A stretch of DNA of 48,006 bases from Selaginella moellendorffii (taxonomy: Eukaryota; Plantae; Lycopodiophyta). Shown in pieces: positions 23,896-36,172 of this stretch; position 1 is the stretch's first letter, and each line of letters starts with the position of its first letter. A program made the position numbers and the translations under genes. The stretch spans positions 976,531 through 1,024,536 of the forward strand of contig NW_003314305.1 of NCBI RefSeq assembly GCF_000143415.4, read 5' to 3'. Under the pieces are notes generated by a model. It worked only from the letters and a program-made list of their open reading frames with translations, did not search any database and was not told where the DNA came from.

Positions 23896-24610
23896 ATTGA
23901 ATTTTGTTGGATGGTGATTCCTATGTTTACCAATTATGATGATCTTGGTGGTTCTTATACTCTACTACTAGTTTATCGGATGATAACTTAATTGGAATAC
24001 TTTTGTGTTCTAATCTAAGATTTAATCACTGGTAATTAAGTCTTTCGGATATCATTGTCTTTGACTTTGATATTGTCCATCTATTGATCTTGAGTTTGGG
24101 CTAGTATAGGCAGACTGGCTTCAGCACTTCGTGTGCATGGTGAAATCTTTAGTCGTGGGGTAGCTACTGTCGACTGGTCACATAACCCGCCTCTCTGTCG
24201 ATGTTCCTTATTCCATTAAAAAGGGTGTGACTGTGTAAACAACTTTAACTGCCTGTTTACAGTAGTCTATCTAAACCTTACCGACGGGTTTGGTTTCTTT
24301 GCTTAGGAGGGTTGGGGCCTCTGGCTTCTCTCTCTATGTCCTTACGGGCAGGGGCATATCACACTTTTGTAAGCTGGGTGACTCCCAGCGTAGCAAGGGT
24401 GGCTGACTTCATTGGTCATTTCCTTGTTGGCGACAACCGAAAGGTGTCTGAGCTGGTAGCGCATTCGCGTTAGACAAAGAGGTTGCCCCCTAACTCATTT
24501 AAGTTGGTGCATTTCTCACATAGTGTGAATACCGTGAACTTTTTCTGGAGTTGTTTCCTTGGCGGTATTCTAGACTCGAGTATGCATCGACGAGGACGTC
24601 GATCTTCCCT

Positions 24611-24622
24611 AGGGGGGGAGAG
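24611..24622 (+). promoter_or_regulatory. Polypurine tract
   Basis: AGGGGGGGAGAG immediately before the 3' LTR. Confidence 0.9.
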
Positions 24623-25753
24623 TGTCGCGAATGTGACTTCGGGTATTGAAAGTTATCTGTCGACCAGTCCTTACGGACACTCTTACCTTACTGCCACGAT
24701 AGCAGGAGGTCGGTATTGCTAGACCCTTTATCAGTCCCTCTTGTTCAAGTGTTAGTAAACTGGACTTTGCATCTGTACTTGGCCGGATGAGCATAAGGAA
24801 GGAATTCCTAAGTGTCTATTTAGCTGAGCATACTTGGCCCGGCTTGTTAGTTCTCTTTTGCTCTGTCTTGCACTGGCTTGACAAGAACCCTCGCGTATTG
24901 AGATTGGTCCCTCAATATCGCTGGATGATAGCTTACCGTGTTTGCCAAACACCCTCGCTATCATGCCCTTTGTGTTAGTCTCATTTCGGTCCCAAATGCT
25001 ATTTATGGAAAGTGTCCAGATTTGCTCATTTGGCATATCTACGGAATGTAGAGATCGTCTTGAACACAATGGTGTTCGTCCCGTGTCCAAATTCGCAATC
25101 TAGGGACATTCCATATTTAGTAAGTTTTGAGCTTGTCCCAGAGACTAACTCCTGATACTAAGGGAGGCTTGGGGTGAAAGCCCAAAGCGTGTGTTCCTCA
25201 AGGGGGGGGGGCGCTGTGGGGGGTTCCAAATGTATAGTAGGGATAGTGGGTAGGTCGGGCATGGCCGACTAACCTGAGGCATAGTCTAGCTCCTGCTTGC
25301 GTGCCTATCCTTGTTCTGCGTCCGGCTTGGGTCTAAGCCCAAGTTCCATTCCATGCTAGCTGGTGGAGTACCCATGTCCTCGCGTTAGGCCACCGGTACG
25401 CCGAAATAGCGTAGACTCCATTTAGCTTCATTTTGCGTGCTGGTCTTGGCATTAGGATGCTGGTTACTCTAGGGCTGTTCCAAGTCGCTCCGGGCTCTTG
25501 TCCCTTCGCTCTTTGGGCTTTATGCTCGGGAGTTGCTCTGTGGTTCGGTTCCATCACTCCTTGGCTCCATGGGGAGTTTGGCACCGTTCTTTCATTCAGT
25601 GGCCCAAGGCCCTAAACCTCGGGTTCCTATGGACACGTGGCAAGCAACACATGGCATCTGTCACGTGGCACAAAGAGGGTTTAGGTTCCGCTTCGTGGTG
25701 TTATCCTATAGTAAACCACCATGGGATAAAGGTTCAAAACCACATGCGCTACA
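24623..25753 (+). repeat. Family A 3' LTR
   Basis: Direct repeat of 18482-19624. Confidence 0.96.
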
Positions 25754-26180
25754 GTATTGCATATGTCAAAATTTTTTTCTTTAGATGTTTAAGCTTTAGC
25801 ATAACTTCATTTCACCTAAATTTTCTTCTTTTGCTCTACCTAGGATGATATATAAGTTAAAAAATTTACCTTTACATCACTCCCTTACGATAAAGCTACT
25901 GCATATCCTCAAGTAGTCGGATTCTCCAAATGCTACTCTAGGCTATTGAGCTTGGTCTTTATAGTGACAAGTTTGATGCTTTAGATTGCTAAATCACTCA
26001 ACTGATTTGTAGTTTTGTGAATGAAGGTGCAACTAGCCTTGACTTTGTAGTGCTGTTGTGGTTGCCTCATCTTGCTAGATTGATTACTTGAGGGTGTATC
26101 ACGGTCAAATGTGTAGGTGAATTGGAGAAAACTAAGCCCATACTTCTCCGATTCACCTAAAACCTTTTTTATAACCTATA

Positions 26181-26587
26181 TGTAGCATATCTTATTTCTC
26201 TCCCCTTAAGCCAACTGGAAAAGGGGCAATTACTTGATGAGAAAGCCCTTAGTGGCTATTTTATCCCTATTTATTCCTTAAGGTTCCAAGGATTCATGGT
26301 GACAGTATATCCAAATTTCATCCTATGATCAGTTTTTCAATGTGAGGCAACTAATCATCCATCTGTATTATAGTCCCACGATGGATACCACTAATCAATG
26401 GGAATTGAACCTATGCCATACCACATGTAGCGCACTTTATCTTTTTCCCTTTAAGCCGACTAGAAAAGGGGCAATTGCTTGATAAGAGAGCCCTTAGTGG
26501 CTATTTTATCCCTATTTATCCCCTAAGGTTCCAAGGATCCACAGTGACAGTATATCTAAATTTCATCCTATGATCACATGCACTACA
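26181..26587 (-). mobile_element. Family D TRIM (two ~155-160-bp LTRs, ~95-bp interior)
   Basis: LTRs 26181-26331 and 26426-26587, TSD CTATA/CTATC, decayed extended Met PBS TGGTATGGCATAGGTTCAATTCCC on the minus strand. The PPT/3' LTR start appears deleted. Confidence 0.88.
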
Positions 26588-28720
26588 CTATCAATCCAAA
26601 TTCGGGATTGATTCACAATTTATTACCTTAATTATCAGCAAGTGTATTTTTGCCTATGGGTATTTAAGCTTTATTGTGAACTGTTAAAGTTCCCACAATA
26701 ACTTATTTGCCTAAAATTGCATAAAATTTTAGCAATTGTCTAGTAGGTAAAATCTTATAAATCCTTTATAAGTTATAACATTTAGGATTTGTGTTTAGCT
26801 TGGATAGGCAAACTATCTCTCTATATAGAAAAAATTCTAGTATTATTTTCTTTTTGTATAGGTAACTTCATAGATATAAGTCTCACTTACACCATACATC
26901 TACAAAGTAATTTAAGTGTATTATCGCACCTTTTTTTACCATAGTTTGAGGAGTCAAACTTCTGTATACCTTGAGCATAATAATATTAAATATCTCGCTT
27001 AGTAATTTGTTAAATTGTTTAAGCAATCTTGTTAAATCTATCATTCGTTGGCATAGTTAGGCACATAAAATAGTTTAATTTTTGCTTTCTTATACTTTTG
27101 CCTAGTCACATAGAGTGAGGGATCAACCAACCTCCATCTAAGCCTATAAACAAAATGTGTGGTGGATCATTGGTAAATATTCTTCTTTTGTCTACCTCAA
27201 TTCCCCCATTCAATTTTTATTAAAACAGTGGAGGGTCGTCAATCCTCAATCTCTTCCCCTAAGTGCATAGGAAGACCTTCTCTTTTTGCTAATACCAAGT
27301 GTGATTAAAATTAATATAGTGTAAGGTGTCTAATATGTAATAGTAAATTCCAAAGTAACTTGCCTACTTCATAGTGGGTTTTACCCTTTGGTTTATGCCC
27401 AACCTTGCCTTTATAACTGTGAAATTAGAAAGAGTGACTTATTTTAGGTGAACTAGATCAACATTAGGGATTAATTTGAATAAGGTATGGAGACCATTTC
27501 GTGAAATTGCCCTATGGAATCAACATAAGAATCAAATGTGTAATGTATGATAGCCTGTCTAGATCAATTTACTTGTAGAATGATGTTAAATAGCTTTTCA
27601 AACATGTGATAGCTAATTCGTGAAAAATTTTACTACAGATCTAGACAAAAATTATTCTTCAAGGCAAATTCTTTTCTAGCCTCTTTGCTAATGGGTGGTA
27701 ATAGTTAATATAAGTCTTTACTCAAGCTTGTATGATAGATTTTTGAGCTTTGCAATATATTTTAGAATTTCTAGGAGCGTTTAAAGCTATTTCACCTTTT
27801 TAAACAAAAAACCTTTTTTAATATCTCTAAGCTTATTCTAGTTTCTTAAAGATCAAAGTGATGGTAGCAGTGTCTTTAAGACTGACGCCTACGCCTAGCA
27901 GTAGGCTTTACAGCTCTCTGTTCCACATTTATAGCGTGAAGCCTCTCAATTGTTTCGTCTGGCAAAAACTTGATTAGCATATATGACCCCATATGCTAAT
28001 CCAGACGTAGGCAGAAATTGAGCAATAACTCTACTGGAGTAATTGTATAATTTTGCATATGTGGAAAATATTTACTATGTGAGAATTCTTTCTTGTGAGG
28101 AGGTACGTACATTTGTGGATTATGTCTTATAAAGGGTGGTTCGCTCCTTGCAAAGGGTGTTTCACACATAAAGTGGTGAGTATTTCCCCTAGCAATTGAG
28201 CATCACTCAATTGGTCTAAAAGGTGGATTTTCACACCTATTCACTTATATATTTGTTTGTATGGGATTCGTTTCATGTGATTGCATTTAATTCCTCCTAA
28301 TGGGGCTAAATGTGATATGAGTGCTCTTAAAATCTATTGGAGAGTGACACCTTTCACACTGAGCAACGTTTGTAAACTCTTTATATATAAAAGATGAGCA
28401 TTGATTAATTCACCTAGGTGTACTAGGCATAAAGTGGTTTAAACAGTTAGAGTGGTTTATGATAATTGTTTCTAAATTTTTGACTTGAAAGTTTTATTCA
28501 AGTCTTATAGGCTCTTGCAATATGTGTAAGAGGCTTAAACTTGGGATAAATCTACTTTTAAACCATATCTGAGTAGTAGTCCAAGCTAAAGGATTTTAGA
28601 TCAGCCTTGAAACAGCATAATGTTTTAATTGTAATTCTGCCTCTGTCAAAACCTCATAAGATTTGAGAATAAAACTCAGCCTCAAACCCTAAAGGCATGA
28701 ATAAGGATAAGTATGTGTCA

Positions 28721-29200
28721 TTCTCTCAACTCTGCTTTACATAAACAGTTATAGGCAAGAGAAAAGATGGTTAATTCAATGCAAATGCATACAATAGTGA
28801 GTGGGAGTTGTTTTTCAGCACATATAAGTGTTACTTATATACTACATGATTTTATAACCATTTCTAACTGCTTCATGCTTGTTTATGATGAGCATTACAT
28901 AGGTCGGGTAAGTTTGGAATTTCTTCCACAACTTTGGCATTTATCATTCACCTAGTGTTGTCCATTTATGTACTCGTCATTTCTCTGATGCTTGGAGAGA
29001 TTTATATAAGCATCAAAGTTGTCTTTGTTGATATAGATGAGTCACGACTCTATTTGTGATTTGGGCATGGCATTTTATCACTATACTTGCTTTGTTTAGT
29101 TATTCCATAGTATACTCGGCCACTAGATTTTTGTAAAATGAACCTTGGAGGTCTTACAACTTAGATTGTCGATCTATGCAAAGTTTTTTTTTTAGAGGTC
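28721..29200 (-). mobile_element. Family F 3' region fragment abutting the LTR
   Basis: 28721-28910 matches 43727-43915 and 28950-29200 matches 44790-45045. Confidence 0.75.
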
Positions 29201-31292
29201 CCACAACTATATAGTGAGCAATACATAGAAGTAATTAACCTTAATCAAGCAGATGGGCAAAAAAAGAATATTTTCCCTTATATGCTCAAAAATAAAGCCA
29301 AAGATTAGTACTATGACAATAATGTCAAAAATCTTGGCATATTTGATGAGCAAAAAAAGTTTTTCTTTAAAACTTCTCCATGGAAACAAACCCAGAAGAA
29401 AACTATGATGAGTTGCAAAGCTTTTATAAAAAAAAACTAAGACAATCAAAAAATATACAACTTGACTCAATAAGTGTTATAAACATTATAAAGACTTAGT
29501 GTCAGATAAAATGCACCTACACCTATATATATATATAGGGCCTTAAGAAAATTTATCATGAACATGCGATAAAGAGAGGTCATGCAGATTTAAATGACTT
29601 GAAAAAAACCATGATTGCCTAATAAGATTTCATAAAACAATATGACATAATAGATATGGTGATGTCAAATAAAAAGATAACTCTTATAAACAAGGAAACT
29701 AATTGTTTAAGAAGCCTTAAACTGCAAACCAATATTAAACAAGGAATTTAGTGTACCAAATGTAAAAATAAAGGCAATAACAAGAAAGAATGTAAGCTTT
29801 AGTTGATCAAGTGCCAATTTTGTGAAAAAAAAAAAGGGCATTCAGCTAAGGAGTGTAGAACTTTATTTAAACAACTAAAAGGCCAATAAACACCCCGAAT
29901 TGATAAAATGACACGTAGGCAAAGCTATTCATTTGACAATAAAAATTACCGTAAAAGGAACGATTACAATGATAATTAAAGTGCCAAATGTGAATACCCA
30001 TATGCTAAAAGGTAAGATGACCATTATGATTATTTAACTAAGGGTAATTTTCGAGATTATGCCCTTAGTAACAAAATTCTGGATTCAGTAGCAAGTTATG
30101 AGATGTATTTATTTTTAAATGGATTCTTTGGTTATAATTAAGTAGAAATATTATCTAAAGATCAATACAAAACGGCTTTTATAAGCCCATGGGGAGCTTA
30201 TATTTACTGCAAAATACCTTTTAGCCTGTGCAATGTTCCATTTATATTTCAAAGAGTTATTATGTACACTTTCAAAGAATATCTTACTGATTTCATGAGA
30301 GTTTTAATGATTGATTTTAGTGTCTTCAGCTCCAAAATGAAACATTTAATTTGTTTGCAAAAATATTTCTAAAAATGCAAAGAATATAGCATTTCTTTTA
30401 ATCCAGAGAAATGTACTTTTATATAAATTTAGGCATACTTTTAAGTCATGTTATATGCAAGGAAGGAATCCTTGTAGACAAAGATAAAACTCAAGTGATT
30501 AAAATAATATCTTTATTACACAACTTAAAATGTCTCCGTTACTTTTTATGAAAAGTTAGGTATAAAAGAAGTCATCCTTAAGCACAAAAAATCCATGCCA
30601 TATTACCCGCAAAGGAATGCACAGGTTGAATTTACTAACAAAGTGTTTAGAAATGTCTTGAAAAATATTGTAAAGGACAATAAAATTTTTTCTATATTGT
30701 CTATGTAAAGGACAATTAATATTGTCTATATTTTAGAGTATAAAACTATGGATAAACTCATGGATGAAGCCCTCGCAGGGATTTATTGTGATGAGCTACC
30801 TAAGTGCACAGATATGGTAGTTAACTAGATGAAGGATAGGGGTCTAGAAAAATTTTACAAAACAACATCAAACTTTATAGAACTACAGAAAGGTAGATTG
30901 GTTCTTCAATCATGGGATCTTGTGAAACTAGCTTTCAAAATTGATGGAGAAGATATTAAGATCATTTAGGATTTTATTTCCAAGCTTTTTTATCTCCCTA
31001 TAGAGTTAGATCAATGGAATTGGATAGAAGGAGTAGTTTTTCTTGATAAGCTCAAATAGGGATCTGTTTATTTAAAACAGAAGGAAAATACATGTTCGTT
31101 GGGAAAGATTTGTCTTTATATTAGAGAAACCCTTATATATTTAAGTGCTTTCTTTGATGAGGAAGTTCCAAAGAAAGAAATCAAAGGATATATTGGATAA
31201 ATATTTCTTTCTCTAGAGCAGGCTTCCCTCAAAATCTTGCTAGTATGGTCTATAGAAATTTTTTCTAGGCAATGTAAGACTTAGAGGAAATG

Positions 31293-31988
31293 TGTAGCAC
31301 ATGTGGTTTTCACCCTTTATCCTATAGTGATTTACCATAGAATAACCACAAAGCGAAACCTAAACCCTTCATATGCTACGTGTTCAAAAGAGAATGGTGC
31401 AAAACTTGAGTTTTTGGGCCTTGGGCCACTAAATTAAAGAATAGAGCCAAACTCCCAAGCATGGAGCCAATGAGTGAAAGTATTGAAGCACAAAGTAACT
31501 CCCGAGCATATAACCCAAGGAGCAAAGGGACAGGAGCACAAATCGACTTGGAACAGTCCTAGAACATTCAGTATCCCAATGGTAGGACCAACATGTAAAA
31601 CAAAACCAAATAGAGTCTAATGCTATTTCAGCATACCAATGGTCTAACATGAGGATATAGGTACTCCACCAACTAACATGGTATGGAATTTGGGCTTAAA
31701 CCCAAGTCGGATGCAAAACAAGGATAAACATGTAAGCAAAAGCTAGACTATACCTCAAGTTGGTAAGCCATACTTGACCTACCCACTATCCCTACTATAC
31801 ATTTAGAACCTCCATATCCCCTTCTGGTGCCTTTCTGGTCTAAGTGCACATGTGATGACTAGTTTCTCAATTAGCTTAGGCGGAGACTAATAATAGATCC
31901 AACAATACCAACCTTATGTCATTATGGCAGTAAGGAAAGAATATCTTAAAAGAGGTAACTTTTAATACCCGAAGTCACATTTGTGACA
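31293..31988 (-). mobile_element. Family A solo LTR, short variant (696 bp)
   Basis: TGTAGCACATGTGG...TTGTGACA, TSD AAATG/AAAAG. The empty site is seen in the paralogue near 46350-46370. Confidence 0.87.
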
Positions 31989-32561
31989 AAAAGAAAAGAA
32001 GGGGCGCATACTTTAAGAGTAATGCCTACATTTTTGTTGCCCCATTCTACAAACTCTACCAACAAAACCATGAGGATTAATAAGTAGAGATTACTAGGCC
32101 AACAAGGATAAAAAATTTCCACAATATATTTGCATACAAAAGCAAAAAAAGGGCAAAAGGACAAAACTTAAGGCTAACATAATAAAGCAGGGTAACTTAG
32201 GTAATTTGGAAGTAGCTACAAAGCTTCTTTTTCTCTCTCACTCTTTCCCTCTCACTCACTCTATGCCTATGCCTTCGCCAAAATGTGCTGACACTCCAGG
32301 CTTAGCTCCAACGCAATGTACGGCAGCTCAAATGCCACTTAAAGCCACGCAAAAGCAAATGCCATCATCACCACCTATTGGGTCTAGTGCACTCTAGATT
32401 GGGTGGAGTGATTTTGTCTTTATGCCACTACCATAAGCTGTCAACTCCACTCTTGCACCATTGATATAAAATCTCTTTTGGGCATCTTTATTAGCATTGC
32501 AATACATCTCTTGGTCACCTAATGTTGAGTGTTTTGCCCATAAATCATCATGGACGACAAA

Positions 32562-33335
32562 AATGCCTAGGCAAAATGAGTATGTGGAGGAAATTTCATC
32601 TAGCGATGAGGAGTTAGATTATGGTCAAGTAAAGCTGTTTAGGGAGCTTATGCTTTCTCCCTATGACAAGTTTTGGCTTAATACCTTTGGGTTACTTGTT
32701 TATACAGAGCTACTTGAAAAAGAAATATCGATTGAACAAAGGATTGAGCTCATGCAAAAGTGGTACCCAAATGAGCATGTTTTTCTTTTCCACGGGTGAG
32801 TCCATCCCTTTGGACTCACCCAGTTTGTTCACATTTTTCGCCTAAACAACGAGGGCAAAATAATTATAATGAATAAGAAGGATTGCATGCCCGAACAATA
32901 TATCCTCCTAAATTACATATCCAGACGAGGAGGCAACTTCACATATTTGAAGCTTGACTATCATACTAGGCTTAAGGTGTTGTATACCATCAGTAACGGG
33001 AGGACGATTACACAAAATACTAGCATCAAGATAGCCTGCTGTTGGAAGCTATTGAGACTAGATGATAAATAAATATAATTCATTTTGGATATAATTGATT
33101 TGTGTCCAAAATGAAAAATGTTACCTTATAGATAAACAAGGGAAGACAAGTGAAGACAGGAGTCTTCATCTTTTTGCAGTGCATTTACAAGCATTACATC
33201 ACTTAGGAGGATTCCATGCTTCACCTTGTCATTGAGCCACCACCACTAGTATCTCCTCCAAGGGAGATAGCAAGGGATATGGAAATGGAGGAGAATATTG
33301 ATGATACAGATTCAAGCAAGGAAAATTCTCCCCTC
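32562..33335 (+). pseudogene. Family F extra 3' ORF of unknown function (sense to pol)
   Basis: ORFs 32497-32799 and 32869-33072 are in the same frame, separated by two stops. A homologous reading frame is present in copy 4 (45196-45700, minus). Confidence 0.65.
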
Positions 33336-33876
33336 TTTTAATTCCAGAAAAGGATAGATATGTGATGAAGGTGTCTATTGTTGTTTTTACAATTGCCATC
33401 GTACTCATTGCAATTTGACAAAAATTCTTTATTTTGCAACTAATATAGGCAAAATAAGTGTTTGATTCACAAGGGAACCTAGATCATTATCAAAAAGTAA
33501 GGGTTGTAAATTTAGCTCTTCTTTCTTTTGTGGGGAATTATTTTAATTGTTTTGTATTCCATTACTCTTAGTTGAAGTAGAGGCATTTTTTATGTACCGA
33601 TGGTGCCAATGAGGAGTAGTATGTGAATTCATATATTCTAGATAATCCTCAAAGTTATATTAGGATTTTAATTTCCTCTTCATTGAGGTGTACTCAATAT
33701 GCTTTCAGTTCACTCTCTTTTAGGTTTTTCTCTAGCATGGTTAAGCAATGATTTAATCTGTTCTGAAGGGAGGTTAAGATTGCAAATATCACAAGCAAGT
33801 ACTTTATAATCTTGTTCTAGATTTTATGAATACTGTTTTTTAGGCTACCTTCTGCTTATCAGATTGTGAAGGAAAT

Positions 33877-34469
33877 TGTAAGCTCCTAAATTTGGACTTC
33901 CCAAGAGGTCACCCAGCCCAGTACTATTCAAACCTAAGGACACTTAACCCCAAATATCCCAAGACCCTTAACCGATTGGAAAAGAGGGTGCATTTTTATT
34001 CATGGGCCCTTTCCTTCTATATTTGAATCCCTATGGATCGTCTCTCGAGTCGTTCTCTTTAGTTGTTTATAATCCACCACGCTTCCCTGTAAATTCACAC
34101 CCTCATGAATGGAAGTTAAGAGCTGCAGCTCTCCCGAGAGCCTTACTCTCTTGACACCCTACCCCTCAAGTTGAGCCTAGCGGAGCAAGTTGGACCTATC
34201 AGATGTCAATTAACATGTGGTGTAATTTCCCTAGCCAATCAATAAAGTCGGACCCAAGACTCCTTTGATACCAAATGTAAACTCTTGAATTTAGATTTCC
34301 CAGGAGGTCACACAGCCCAGTACTATTCAAACCCAAGGACACTTAACCCTAAATATCCCAAGACCCTTAACTGATTGGAAAAGGGGTGCACTCTTATTCA
34401 TAGGCCCTTTCCCTTTATATTTGAACCCCTATGGATCGTCTCTCAAGTTGTTCCTTTTGGTTGCTTACA
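33877..34469 (-). mobile_element. Family E TRIM, complete (593 bp)
   Basis: LTRs 33877-34071 and 34276-34469, perfect TSD GAAAT, PBS TGGTATCAAAGG (minus), PPT-like AGGGAAGCGTGGTGGAT, 204-bp non-coding interior. Confidence 0.95.
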
Positions 34470-34495
34470 GAAATGTTATATATCTATTACCTTGT

Positions 34496-36172
34496 TGTGA
34501 GACACAAAATCCCTAGGCCCCAAAGTGGAGCCGGAAGGGTGCCATGTGGTGGTGGCCGAAGTGAAAACCAAACGAGCGTAACACGTTTGGACTAAAAAGC
34601 TCCGACTTGAAAAGGTCGAGAGTGGGAGTGGAACTCCTAACGAAGTGCTCGAGGGACGAGCACGAAGTGAGCAATAAGCGAGGCTCCAAAAAGGGACCCA
34701 AAAAGGACCAACACATGACACATGGAAGTGTCTGAGATGGACCCGAGTTGGGGTCCGAAGTGGAGTCCAAGATGGAGTCCGAGATGGAGTCCGAGATGGA
34801 GTCCGAGATGGAGTCTGAGATGGATCCGAGATGGAGTCCGAGATGGACCCGAGATGGAGTCCAAGATGGACCCGAGATGGATTCCGAGATGGACCCGAGA
34901 TGGAGTCCGAAACGGAGTCCGAGATGGAGTCCGAGATGGACCCGAGATGGAGTCCGAGATGGAGTCCGAGATGGACCCGAGATGGAGTCCGAGATGGAGT
35001 CTGAGATGGACCCGAGATGGAGTCTGAGATGGACCCGAGATGGAGTCCGAGATGGAACCGAGACCGAGACCGAGACCGAGTCCGAGTCCGAGTCCGAGTT
35101 CGAGCCTGAGTCCGAGTCCGAATACTAATACAGGCAGTTGGGTGAAAGCCCAAAGTGATCGTCCCCCAGGGGGGGCAGGGGGGGGGGGCTGCGGGGGGTT
35201 CCAAAAGTACAGTAGGGAGAGTGTGGGGGTTGGAGCCCAGTGGAGCCAGTTTGGCCAGGAAGGGCTAGTTTGGCCCAGGAAAGGCCAGTTTGGCCCAGGA
35301 AGGCCATACCCAGTGTTGGGTGATGAACTGACCACTGGGAAGTCCAAGACTAGAGTGAATACGGACCGACAAGCGGGGTAGCTTGGTGAAGTGTTCAAGA
35401 GCCAACTCTAGTTCCCCCGGGAGATCGAATGGTCGATGCTCCCAGTCCAAGTGTGGGTGGCACTACCTACTTGGATACCTGGTGTGGCTCAACGGAACCT
35501 CGCTCTAAGCCCATGGCTAGAGCATCCAAAGGCGGAAGGCGGGGAGAGTACCCATGAGGCCCGCGTAGGGCCACGGTGTTTCGAAATGTTGTCCCAAAGG
35601 CCCAGACTATGGAAAGGAAGAGGAGTAGTCCTCTGGTGTAGTGATCAAGGATATAGTCGAGTGGTGAGGAAGTCCCAGAGGACCGTGGGACTTAGTGGTC
35701 GGGCCTGTGGGCCTCGATCCAGTGGCAGTGTTGGCAAACACGGCCATGGGCAGAAAGGGATTTGGTGAAGACCGGAAAAGGGATATTGGGGAAGGCTATT
35801 CCCCATATCTGTGGGCATCCTAAGGATGCTAAGGAGTGGATCTGGAATGATCACTCATGGACGGATGGCCCAGTCCTTGGGAGATGGGACTGTGATGTAG
35901 GTGGTATTAGACCACCGGTGTGACTAAGGTAAAGGGGCATGGCCTTAGCATAACAGGCCGATATGTCGGTGGTACCTTGGGGTGTCAGTCATGGGATCGG
36001 ACATGCGGAGCACCTGGATCAAGTGCAAAGGTTGAGTGGCGGGGATGCCATTCTCGGGGCTAGCAAGCCCAAGTCTGAAATAGGACTTATGGAGGTTGTG
36101 AGTGAGACTCCTCCAAGTGGTTGGAGGTGTGGTTAAGTGACTAAAGTAAAATGGAAAATTTAGTCGCTTACA
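34496..36172 (+). mobile_element. Family B solo LTR (1677 bp), CpG-rich and young
   Basis: TGTGAG...CTTACA, perfect TSD CTTGT. Matches the B LTR pieces at 3630-12651. Confidence 0.95.
34733..35121 (+). repeat. 12-bp tandem array (GAGATGGAGTCC / GAGATGGACCC variants) grading into 6-bp GAGACC/GAGTCC
   Basis: Directly visible. Shorter decayed versions occur at 4475-4708, 10028-10064, 11395-11541 and 12205-12415. Confidence 0.95.

Larger units (their letters stand above)
18482..25753 (+). mobile_element. Family A complete non-autonomous LTR retrotransposon (LARD-like, 7272 bp)
   Basis: LTRs 18482-19624 and 24623-25753 (TGTCGCG...CGCTACA, roughly 95% identical by eye), perfect TSD GTATT, PBS TGGTATTAGAG after the 5' LTR, PPT AGGGGGGGAGAG before the 3' LTR. 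No ORF of 100 aa or more in the 5-kb interior. Confidence 0.96.
18131..28720 (-). mobile_element. Family F copy 1: internally deleted Ty3/gypsy (3' LTR 18131-18305, 3' region, protease/gag relic 26150-28660, partial 5' LTR 28666-28720); hosts A and D insertions
   Basis: 18131-18481 plus 25759-26150 match 43574-44620. 26150-28660 matches 36540-40015. LTR has TGAGTAAGG...TGTCA ends. Confidence 0.7.
29200..33335 (+). mobile_element. Family F copy 3: decayed gag-RT-integrase-extra ORFs (Athila/Tat-like Ty3/gypsy)
   Basis: Zinc knuckle CQFCEKK.GHSAKEC near 29812. RT FLNGFFGYN*V...DQYKTAFISPWGAY...PFSLCNVP..FQR at 30110-30340 (DGFSGYNQ type). Integrase PYYPQRNAQVE near 30598. 30720-33335 is the reverse complement of 46920-45040. 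Confidence 0.85.

Noticed and set aside
25164-25212. Group II intron domain V/VI resemblance (GGTGAAAG...GTTC...GGGGGG)
   Set aside because: No AGC/CGC catalytic triad in register, no proper AC bulge or lower stem, and no other intron domains.
26399-26423. tRNA gene suggested by GGTTCAATTCCC on the minus strand
   Set aside because: Better explained as a decayed extended tRNA-Met PBS next to the LTR; no cloverleaf.
26181-26587. Retrozyme (hammerhead) or Cassandra (5S rRNA) identity for TRIMs D and E
   Set aside because: No CTGANGA...GAAA core with flanking stems and no 5S A/C-box similarity seen by eye. An Rfam scan would be the definitive test.
34733-35121. CRISPR-like array
   Set aside because: Contiguous 11-12-bp units with no unique spacers, no cas genes, eukaryotic LTR context.
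34476-35398. Long ORFs (242, 253, 126 aa) with SPR/MESE/LGLH repeats; similar ones at 4419-4866 and 12107-12514
   Set aside because: By-products of stop-free tandem arrays inside LTRs, open in several frames on both strands.
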